Assembly: GCF_006345805.1 (NCBI RefSeq)
Contig: NW_021827317.1
Location: 1-10,847, forward strand
Direction: 5' to 3'
Source of the DNA: Octopus sinensis
Taxonomy: Eukaryota
DNA: 10,847 nucleotides
Part shown: piece by piece, positions 1 to 6,760 of the stretch
How the letters are laid out: every line of letters begins with the position of its first letter
Position numbering within the stretch: the first letter of the stretch is position 1
The notes under the pieces: generated by a model
Database searches by the model: none
Seen by the model: only the letters and a program-made list of their open reading frames with translations
Told to the model about the DNA's origin: nothing
Program-made: the position numbers and the translations under genes

Positions 1-415
1 AATCACAAAAGGCTAGAAACAGAGGAGACAATCAAGGAGAGACAGACGGATAAAGTCGATTATATCGACCCCAATGCGTAACTGGCACTTATTTAGGCGG
101 CAGGCTGGTAGAATCGTTAGCACGCCGGGAAAAATGCTTAGCAGTATTTGCTCTGCCGCTGCGTTCTGAGTTCAAATTCTGCCGAGGTCGACTTTGCCTT
201 TCATCCTTTTGGCGTCGATTAAATAAGTACCAGTTACGCACTGGGGTCGATATAATCGACTTAATCCGTTTGTCTGTCCTTGTTTGTCCTCTCTGTGTGT
301 AGCCCCTTGTGGGTAGTAAAGTAATAGGTACTTATTTAATCGACCCCGAAAGGATGAAACGCAAAGTCGACCTAGGCAGAATTTGAACTTAGAACGTAGC
401 GGCAGACGAAATACC
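1..415 (-). mobile_element. tRNA-derived SINE family 1, 5'-truncated monomer, split by a nested copy (pieces 1-95 and 327-415)
   Basis: Reverse complement of the family-1 body and tail. 327-415 carries the B-box (gaatttgaactt = rc of AAGTTCAAATTC) and continues into 1-95 once 96-326 is removed. Confidence 0.85.
96..326 (+). mobile_element. Full-length tRNA-derived SINE family 1 (octopus-type), nested insertion
   Basis: Head GGCGGCAGGCTGGTAGAATCGTTAGC (A-box-like), B-box GAGTTCAAATTC (168-179), body GTCGACTTTGCCTTTCATCC...AATAAGTACCAGT, tail ...GTGGGTAGTAAAGTAATA. Flanked by GGCACTTATTTA (84-95) and GGTACTTATTTA (327-338). Confidence 0.9.
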
Positions 416-642
416 TATTTCTTTACTACCCACAAGGGATTAGACACAGAGGGGACAAACAAGGACAGACAAACGGATTAAGTCAATTATATCGACCCCA
501 GTGCGTAACCGGTACTTATTTAATCGACCCCGAAAGGATGAAAGGCAAAGCCGACCTCGGCGGAATTTGAACTCAGAACGTAGCAGCAGACGAAATACCG
601 CCAATCATTTCGCCCGTGCTAACGTTTCTGCTAGCTCGCCAC
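414..642 (-). mobile_element. Full-length SINE family 1 monomer, joined head-to-tail to the 1-415 monomer
   Basis: Near-complete reverse complement of 96-326, with head rc GTGGCGAGCTAGCAGAAACGTTAGCAC and B-box rc GAGTTCAAATTCC. Confidence 0.9.
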
Positions 643-645
643 GTG

Positions 646-690
646 AATAATAATAATAATAATAATAATAATGATGATGATAATAATATA
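646..690. repeat. (AAT)n/(GAT)n microsatellite
   Basis: Directly visible trinucleotide repeat. Confidence 0.95.
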
Positions 691-946
691 AACGATAAAC
701 GTCGCCCTTTTCAAGCCTAGCCAGGCACATGGGTCCGGTTTTCCGGTTTCTGTGGCGTAACTGTTCCCCCAGGAAGAGAGAGTGAGAAAAGGTTTTGGCG
801 AAAGAGTACAACAGGAGTCGCCACCTCGTGGAACTTTTGAGGTGTTTTCACTCAATAAACACGTGCAACGCCCGGCCTGGGAATCGAAACCGCGATCCTC
901 CGACCGCGAGTTCACTGCTCTAGCCACTGAGCCATTGCGCTTCCAC
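691..946 (-). mobile_element. tRNA-derived SINE family 2, internally deleted copy
   Basis: rc head GTGGAAGCGCAATGGCTCAGTGG with A-box TGGCTCAGTGG (924-934) and B-box GGTTTCGATTCC (880-891). Colinear with 1521-1834 except for two internal deletions. Confidence 0.9.
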
Positions 947-1020
947 TAATAATGATAATAATAATATTGATAATAATAATGATGATGATGGTGATGATGA
1001 TGATGAGGAGGAGGAGGGGG
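947..1020. repeat. (AAT)n-(GAT)n-(GAG)n compound microsatellite
   Basis: Directly visible. Confidence 0.9.
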
Positions 1021-1091
1021 AAGAAATGACATTACATATATTTACGAAGCTCTACCGATTCTACTAATCCATTCTGAGCCAGCAATCTAAT

Positions 1092-1308
1092 AACTATTTC
1101 TAATTTTGTCAGCAGACCAGGAATTTTAGGCGAGTAAGGCAATTACATGAACAACCCCAGTATTTAACTGGTACTTATTATACTGATCACGAAAGGAAAA
1201 AATGCAAAGTGGACCCCCAGTGAAATTTGAACTCGGGTCATAAAGTACCGGGTGGAATATCACTACGCAGTTTATCTCACGCGCTTGCTATTTTGATCGC
1301 TTGCCGCA
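1092..1308 (-). mobile_element. Degenerate SINE family 1 copy
   Basis: Contains aactggtacttatt...gaaagg...gcaaagtggacc...gaaatttgaactc, the diverged family-1 body and B-box in reverse. Confidence 0.7.
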
Positions 1309-1338
1309 CCAGTCCAGTTTCCAATAATACAAATATAT

Positions 1339-1498
1339 GGAGAAGGGTTAGTCGATTACTTCGACCTCCTCACTGATTGGCTGGTATTTATTTTATCAAA
1401 CCCGGTATGATGGAACGCAAAGTCGACCTCGTGGAGATTTGAATTCAAAACCTAGAGACAGATAGAAAGATGCTAACGATTCCGCTAGCTCGCCGCCA
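1339..1498 (-). mobile_element. Degenerate SINE family 1 copy with a deletion in the head
   Basis: gtcgattacttcgacc...ctggtatttatttt...gcaaagtcgacctcg...gatttgaattc...gctaacgattccgctagctcgccgcc. Confidence 0.8.
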
Positions 1499-1520
1499 TT
1501 AATGATACTAATAAAAAAAA

Positions 1521-1834
1521 AACGATAAACGTTGCCCTTTGCAAGCCTAGCCAGGTTCATGGGCCCGGTTTCCCGGTCTCTGTGGCGTATGTATTCCCCC
1601 CAGCTGGACGGGACGCCAGTCTATCGCAGTTTTACTCAAGAAACAGGAAGTAAGAGTGAGAGAAAGTTGGGGCGAAAGAGTACAACAGGATTCGCCACCA
1701 CCCCCTGCCGGAGCCTCGTGGAGCTTTAGGTGTTTTCGCTCAATAAACACACACAACGCTCGGTCTGAGAATCGGAACCGCGATCCTCCGACAGCGAGTC
1801 CGCTGCCCTAGCCACTGGGCCATTGCGCCTCCAC
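1521..1834 (-). mobile_element. Full-length tRNA-derived SINE family 2 with a V-domain-like central segment
   Basis: rc head GTGGAGGCGCAATGGCCCAGTGG, B-box-like GGTTCCGATTCT, central CTGCGATAGACTGGCGTCCCGTCCAG. In element orientation the tail ends in a T-run (A-run at 1513-1522 on +). Probable decayed TSD AATGATACTAATA (1501-1513) / AATCATACAAATA (1835-1847), 11 of 13 identical. Confidence 0.9.
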
Positions 1835-1889
1835 AATCATACAAATACCAGAAGTATAAAAATTTCAACTCAGGAACTAAAAACGAAGT

Positions 1890-2042
1890 AAATCGACGAA
1901 GGAATCTCTTCTGTGGTCGTTTACCTTGCTAGAAATAACGACCAAGTCTCCATTAAATGGCACCCTATTAACTTAAAAATTGAAGCGCATTTAAAGTAAG
2001 ATAGTATCGAATATAAAAACAGACCCACTAGTCATGGCTTCA
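1890..2042 (+). repeat. Fragment of another interspersed repeat (octopus-like)
   Basis: GACGAAGGAATCTCTTCTGTGGTCGTTTACCTTGCTAGAAATA... is recalled as a common octopus repeat segment. There is only one copy here, so it cannot be confirmed within the window. Confidence 0.4.
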
Positions 2043-2311
2043 GTGTTTTTTTTTATTTTATTTTGTTGGTCGATCTGCATCAATACTTTCCTTTTGCCTT
2101 TTATCTCTTTTTAATGGCGCAGCAAAGATGACGTAGCGCTTACCAGCGTTTTATTAGTTTCAAAATTGGTGGGGAACAAACGATGTGGTGAAAGTTACTC
2201 TGGTATGAATAGCAGTTCTAATTCACACAATTGCCTTTGAATCCGCCAAATGTACTCAGTATCCGGTGGCTGTGTTAAACAGTCCTAGTTATAAGTCCTT
2301 CGGATCGTTTT

Positions 2312-2470
2312 ACACGGGTTTTGAGTCTACATAATTCCTTTCACAAAGCTTTTAGTGACCCCACGCTACAGTAGAATACGATAGCTTGTTCAAGGTTCTA
2401 TGTAGTGCAGCGGACTCTTAAACTGCGATGTTGTCAAAAGAACTTCTAAACTATACAGCTATGCATGCCA
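2312..2470 (-). mobile_element. Old, degenerate 5' part of SINE family 4
   Basis: rc reads GGCATGCATAGCTGTATAGTTTAGAAG...CCTTGAACAAG...TTCTACTGTAGC...AAAAGCTTTGTGA...GTAGAC. This aligns loosely with 9935-10040. Confidence 0.55.
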
Positions 2471-2593
2471 CCTCTAGCTGCACCACCGTCACCGCAACGA
2501 CACCAGCGATATATATAATCATTTCACGCAAACATTTTAAGAATAGTCTTCAAATATTAAGGGCCATGACTGAGTGCATTTCGAAGTTAATTA

Positions 2594-2805
2594 TTGAATA
2601 TTGGTTTCAAATTTTGGTGCAAAGCCCGTCAATTTCGGGGGAGGAATAGACTGATGGCATTGACCCTTGATTTCAATTGGTATTTAGTTTTTCGACCCCG
2701 AAAGGATAAAGGGCGAAGTCGACCCAGGCGGAATTTGAACTCCGGACCGGAATTTGATATAGAGACCGACGAACTACGGCTCAGCATCTTTTCCCTCTTG
2801 TCACC
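2594..2805 (-). mobile_element. SINE family 1 copy (alternative tail) with a partially duplicated B-box
   Basis: Tail caaattttggtgcaaagccc, body cgaccccgaaaggataaagggcgaagtcgacc, then gaatttgaactccggaccggaatttga. Confidence 0.8.
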
Positions 2806-2907
2806 TTAATTAATTATTAAATCTATCCCGAAAGAATAATTAATTAATTATTAAATTTATCCCGAAAGGATGATTAATTAATTATTAAATTTACCCCGAA
2901 AGGATAA
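2806..2907. repeat. 3 x 34-bp tandem repeat TTAATTAATTATTAAATYTAYCCCGAAAGRATRA
   Basis: Units at 2806-2839, 2840-2873 and 2874-2907. Confidence 0.95.
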
Positions 2908-3019
2908 AGGGCAAAGTCGACCTCGGCGGAATTTGAACTCCAGACCAGAATTTGACATAAAGATCGACAAAATATCGCTCAGCATTTTTTCCCGTTTGTA
3001 ATCTTAATTAATTTTAAAA
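2893..3019 (-). repeat. Local direct duplication of 2695-2821 (SINE family 1 head and body)
   Basis: ACCCCGAAAGGATAAAGGGC at 2695 and 2893 (offset 198). Both copies share the unusual GAATTTGAACTCC-(G/A)GACC-(G/A)GAATTTGA segment and end in CTTAATTAATT. Confidence 0.9.
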
Positions 3020-3071
3020 TGTAAGACGAAGAAATTATTGTACAATGTGTTTTCTCTTATCATCTCGCTTA

Positions 3072-3547
3072 AGGTGGCAAGCTGGCAGACACGTTAGCAC
3101 GCCGTGCGAAATACGTAGCCGTATTTCGTTTTCTGTTACGTTCTGAGTTCAAATTCCACCGAGATCGACTTTGCCTTTCATTCTTTCGGTGTCGATAAAA
3201 TTAAGTACCAGTTACGCACTGGTGCCGATGTAATCGAATTAATCCGTTTGTCTGTCCTTGTTTGTCCCCTTTATGTTTAGCCCCTTGTGGGCAATAAAGA
3301 GATAGGTATTTCGTCTGTCTTTATTTTCTGTGTTCAAATTCTGCCGAGCTCGACTTTGGCTTTCATCCTTTCGGGTTCAATAAATCAAGTACCAGTTGCA
3401 TACTGACGTCAGTCTAATCGTTCGGTCCCCCTCCCCCAAAAATTTCGGGCTTTGTGCCTAGAGTAGAAAAGAATCGTTAGCGCGTCGAACAATATGCTTT
3501 ACTGCATGTCTTTTGCCTTTATGTTCTGAATTCAATTCTTGCTTAGG
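3072..3547 (+). mobile_element. Head-to-tail multimer of SINE family 1 (full monomer 3072-3306, truncated monomer 3305-3474, decayed third head 3471-3547)
   Basis: B-boxes GAGTTCAAATTCC (3146-3158) and GTGTTCAAATTC (about 3330-3341). The first monomer has tail A (GTGGGCAATAAAGAGATAGG), the second tail B (GGGCTTTGTGCCTAGAGTAGAAAAGAAT). GAATCGTTAGC then restarts a head. Confidence 0.85.
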
Positions 3548-3671
3548 TTTACCTTTAAATAATTACCCTGACGATTACAACCCTATACCTAAATTACGAT
3601 TTTCACTGCTGAATGAATACAGAGAGCTCGCACAATCATTAGAAAAATACGTCGAAGAGACATCTTGCGAC

Positions 3672-3841
3672 ATCATATCTGGCTCATTACGCTCTAGGTT
3701 CAAATCACCCCAACGTCAACTATAACTTTCATCTTGCGGTGGCCGATAAGATGAAGAACCCTTCAATTTCTGGGGGCGATAGTAACAGTAAGCAACCTTC
3801 TATACTATCTACTGGCCTGGCGCCAAAATTAAAAACAATTA
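3672..3841 (+). mobile_element. Highly degenerate SINE family 1 copy
   Basis: TTACGCTCTAGGTTCAAATCACC (B-box), CTTTCATC...CCGATAAGATGAAG, CTGGGGGCGAT, tail GGCCTGGCGCCAAAATTAAAAACAATTA. Confidence 0.6.
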
Positions 3842-3904
3842 GTACAGCTGATTAGGGGTTGCTGTATAGGGTACCTATCCACCCTAAATCTTTAGCGTAT
3901 GGGA

Positions 3905-4040
3905 AATTAATTTTCGCAGATGTTTCGTTACGTTCTGAGTTCAAATCCCACCAAGGTCTGCTTTATCATTCGTCCCTCGAGAACCAATATGATAAATCGG
4001 TATTTAAGTACTGGGATCGAAACGACAAATATAAACCTCC
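3905..4040 (+). mobile_element. Degenerate SINE family 1 fragment
   Basis: CGTTACGTTCTGAGTTCAAATCCCACCAAGGTC matches the family-1 B-box region. The downstream part is decayed. Confidence 0.6.
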
Positions 4041-4096
4041 AATATACCCTTGTAACACGGGTAACATCTGCACCTAACAGGGTTAATTGGATATAC

Positions 4097-4245
4097 GTGT
4101 TTGCGCGTGTGTGTGTGTATGTATGTGTGCGTGTGTGTGTGTTTGTGCATGTGTTTGGGTGTGTATCTGTACATGTCTGTGTGCGTCGGTTTGTGTGTGC
4201 TTGCGTATGTGCGTGTGTATCTTTGCGTGTTTATTTATGTGCGTA
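4097..4245. repeat. Degenerate (GT)n microsatellite
   Basis: Directly visible. Confidence 0.9.
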
Positions 4246-4247
4246 TA

Positions 4248-4553
4248 AGACCGCGTATCTCAGTGGTTAGAGAGTTCGGCTCATCATCTTACGTTCGTAA
4301 GTTCGATGCCCGGCGATGCGTTCGATGCGTTTTGGGGCAAATCACTTTATTTCGCCTTGTTCTAGTCCACTCAGTGGCACATCAAAGTGCCAGCGTTGTC
4401 ACATTTCCGGTCACATCGAATCTCTCCGGAAACTACTTTAATGGGTACGCGTGCGCATGGAATTGTGCAGCCATTTCCTTCTTAATTTCACGAGCTGACT
4501 GTTCCTTTGATTGGATCAACTACAACACACGTCATCAGGACGATGGAATGCCA
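4248..4553 (+). mobile_element. tRNA-derived SINE family 3 (CORE-like centre), diverged
   Basis: A-box-like ATCTCAGTGGTTAG and B-box AGTTCGATGCC. CORE-like TTGGGGCAAATCACTTTATTTC...CTAGTCCACTCAG. Tail GCTGACTGTTCCTTTGATTGGATCAACT is shared with 8781-9022. Confidence 0.75.
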
Positions 4554-4556
4554 TTT

Positions 4557-4711
4557 AATATATGTATGTGTATGTGTGTACATAAGTATAAGACCATATG
4601 TGTGCGTATGTATATGTGCATACGTGTATAGACATATATATATGCATATATATATATATATATATATGCGTGTGTGTGTGTCTGTGTATGTATATATATA
4701 TGTATATATAC

Positions 4712-4778
<67 letters not shown>
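4557..4778. repeat. Compound (TA)n/(TG)n/(TATC)n microsatellite
   Basis: Directly visible. Confidence 0.95.
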
Positions 4779-4781
<3 letters not shown>

Positions 4782-5017
4782 CAAAATAAGCAACAAGAAT
4801 GACTTCGGTTCGTATTTGGTACGATCGTTTCTTACTACATCATTTTATTAAATGTTGTAAGTATTACAACAGATATAAGACGCTGAGTACTCATCAGCCA
4901 ATTATAGAGGTTTTCCATTAATACAAAAGCTTTCAAATCAAGTGGCAACATTATATTCTGGTACATCTAAATTAAGTACCATATTCATTCGAATCTTAAT
5001 TTTTGCTGAACTTACTA
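4779..5017 (-). mobile_element. Hammerhead-bearing block between (TA)n arrays, probable Penelope-like element (PLE) terminal-repeat remnant
   Basis: Unique AT-rich block flanked by (TA)n on both sides that contains the HHR at 4816-4901. The PLE assignment is inferred from the HHR architecture. Confidence 0.55.
4816..4901 (-). ncRNA. Type I hammerhead ribozyme motif (long helix II, minimal palindromic helix III)
   Basis: The minus strand reads TTGG-CTGATGA-(59-nt hairpin with perfect TGTTGTAA/TTACAACA core)-GAAA-C-GATC-G-TA-CCAA. Helix I is TTGG/CCAA and the core is intact. The GUA cleavage site is predicted between 4820 and 4819. The helix II closing pair is G/A, which is non-canonical. Confidence 0.8.
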
Positions 5018-5032
5018 TATATATTTAAACAC

Positions 5033-5072
<40 letters not shown>

Positions 5073-5110
5073 TTACATATATATATCTATAATATAATAT
5101 TATATATATA

Positions 5111-5166
<56 letters not shown>

Positions 5167-5171
5167 ATATA
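5017..5171. repeat. (TA)n microsatellite, interrupted
   Basis: Directly visible. Confidence 0.95.
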
Positions 5172-5408
5172 GGGAATAAATCCAAACTTAAACCTCGCCA
5201 AGATAAATATTTAAACCACCTGATTAATGACTACTGCGACTCAAAAATTTGAAGAAGTTAGCAGGCATGAAACGATCGTAGTGTGATATTAATTATATTT
5301 TTTTAATAATTTTGTTATATATTTAAATAATATAATTAAATAATCTTATGTATTGGCTTAAGTTTTTCATTCTTTGATTTGTCTAATAGTGGTTTTGTCT
5401 CTAATTTA
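5172..5408 (+). mobile_element. Second hammerhead-bearing block between (TA)n arrays, probable PLE terminal-repeat remnant
   Basis: Unique block bounded by (TA)n. It contains the decayed HHR at 5217-5283, followed by a very AT-rich 3' segment. Confidence 0.5.
5217..5283 (+). ncRNA. Decayed type I hammerhead ribozyme motif (core G8->U)
   Basis: CAC-CTGATTA-(5227-5268 helix II, ATGACTACT pairing with AGCAGGCAT, 2 mismatches)-GAAA-C-GATC-G-TA-GTG. Helix I is CAC/GTG, with a possible distal extension AATAT/ATATT. Confidence 0.65.
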
Positions 5409-5560
5409 ATATATATATATATATATATATAAGAGTGTAAATATAGATATATATAGGTGTATATATATATGGGTATATATATAGATATATATATATATGT
5501 ATATATACATAAGCGTGTGTGTGTGTGAGAGAGAGAGAGAGAGACAGAGAGATGATACAT
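5408..5560. repeat. Compound (TA)n/(TG)n/(GA)n microsatellite
   Basis: Directly visible. Confidence 0.95.
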
Positions 5561-5791
5561 ACATTAACAAAAGACTGAGACTCATATTGTTTACTAGAAT
5601 TGGTTATGTTTGCTGGAATTTTGTTTTATTACCATTTTGCATACAATAAAGCGCTTCTTGACTTTTGAACATCCCTTTCACTTTTGTCATTCAGATTAAA
5701 CTTATATTGTTCTGTAGTTGACGATTTCTGAAATCAATGCTACAGTCATATTATGAGCCGTAGACGTGAATTAATATGCGTTGCTGCAGGC

Positions 5792-5805
5792 TATATATAC
5801 ATACA

Positions 5806-5895
<90 letters not shown>

Positions 5896-6072
5896 TATGA
5901 GTGCAAATATAAATATATGGGTGTATACATATATGGGTATATATATCCATACATACACATGTCTGTATGTGTGTGTGTGTGTATATATGTATAGATATAG
6001 ATATACTTACATACATATGTGAATTTGCATACACACGCGTGTGCAGGCGTTCATGTGCATATATATTATATG

Positions 6073-6106
<34 letters not shown>

Positions 6107-6190
6107 CTGTGTGTGTGTGGTGACGTACGTATGTATGTCATATATATATATATATAATATATATATATAGATATATATATATATATATAT
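5792..6190. repeat. Compound (ATAC)n, (ATAG)n, (TG)n, (TA)n microsatellite field
   Basis: Directly visible. Confidence 0.95.
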
Positions 6191-6277
6191 TATGTAGGTC
6201 CCGGTTGATTCGGGGTTAACCACAGTAAATAAGGTACTCAATACATAGCAGAGTAAAATTAATTTATTATATAGAAG

Positions 6278-6330
6278 GAGCTTCTACAGGACTAGAACTG
6301 TTTCATTCAAGAGAAATCTTCAGGAAGCTC
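6278..6330 (-). ncRNA. Type I hammerhead ribozyme motif (identical mirror copy)
   Basis: Exact reverse complement of 6334-6386. Cleavage is predicted between 6285 and 6284. Confidence 0.85.
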
Positions 6331-6333
6331 CCT

Positions 6334-6386
6334 GAGCTTCCTGAAGATTTCTCTTGAATGAAACAGTTCTAGTCCTGTAGAAGCTC
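6334..6386 (+). ncRNA. Type I hammerhead ribozyme motif
   Basis: GAGCTTC-CTGAAGA-TTTCTCTTGAAT-GAAA-CAG-TTCTAGTC-CTG-TA-GAAGCTC. Helix I is a perfect 7 bp. Helix II is TTC/GAA with a U.U closing pair. Helix III is CAG/CTG. The GUA cleavage site is predicted between 6379 and 6380. Confidence 0.85.
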
Positions 6387-6387
6387 C

Positions 6388-6390
<3 letters not shown>

Positions 6391-6432
<42 letters not shown>
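6391..6432. repeat. (TA)n microsatellite
   Basis: Pure TA run. Confidence 0.97.
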
Positions 6433-6435
<3 letters not shown>

Positions 6436-6445
6436 GTGTGTGCCT

Positions 6446-6579
6446 CGTATCTTAACTATTATTTCAAGCAGATCACATGAATGACGGTGTTGTTCACCTC
6501 CATTTTGGAAAACCAAAATGGAGGCTAACACCTTTCTCAACGTGATTGGCTTGAAAAATTGTTAAGACACTGGGATACG
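6446..6579. mobile_element. MITE-like imperfect foldback element
   Basis: Central perfect stem CCTCCATTTTGG-AAAA-CCAAAATGGAGG (6497-6524). Outer matches are GGTGTT/AACACC, ATCAC/GTGAT, TCAAGC/GCTTGA, TCTTAAC/GTTAAGA and CGTATC/GATACG. Confidence 0.6.
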
Positions 6580-6685
6580 TTTCTACTTTTCTGAATATGA
6601 AACCATTGGTAGCCTTATTTCACAAATAAACACATTATATGCACCAATGCGGTGTTGAGCACTCTCTTCCGTCGTTCGACATTTA

Positions 6686-6760
6686 CGTATATACACACAC
6701 ACACACATATACACCACACACACACACACACACATATGTATGTACATGTAGGTATATATT
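6686..6760. repeat. (CA)n/(TA)n microsatellite
   Basis: Directly visible. Confidence 0.9.

Larger units (their letters stand above)
6191..6396. mobile_element. Probable PLE terminal-repeat remnant (6191-6330, minus) with an inverted partial copy (6334-6396, plus), inserted in (TA)n
   Basis: The minus strand reads HHR, then TATATAATAAATTAATT...GAGTACC...GTGGTTAACCCC...CTACATAAT, then (TA)n. The first 63 nt are repeated in inverted orientation. Confidence 0.6.
6268..6396. repeat. Perfect inverted repeat, 63-bp arms with a 3-nt spacer (CCT)
   Basis: Checked base by base: 6268-6330 is the exact reverse complement of 6334-6396. Confidence 0.98.

Noticed and set aside
860-946. tRNA-like sequence with A and B boxes (also at 1750-1834, 4248-4315 and 8492-8565)
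   Set aside because: These are SINE heads. They run into SINE bodies and lack an intact acceptor stem and cloverleaf, so they are not called tRNA genes.
605-1756. ORFs 605-811, 631-927, 1532-1729 and 1547-1756
   Set aside because: They lie within SINE copies and (AAT)n repeats, and similar peptides recur in each copy.
2806-2907. 34-bp repeats superficially resembling a CRISPR array
   Set aside because: The units are contiguous with no unique spacers, derive from a SINE edge, and sit in eukaryotic context with no cas genes.
5249-5280. Alternative hammerhead register using TTGAAGA (5249-5255) as the core
   Set aside because: Helix I and helix II do not pair in this register. The CTGATTA register at 5220 pairs much better.
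5713-5746. Short imperfect hairpin CTGTAG-TTGA...TCAA-TG-CTACAG
   Set aside because: It is short and interrupted, has no ribozyme core, and is expected by chance in AT-rich DNA.
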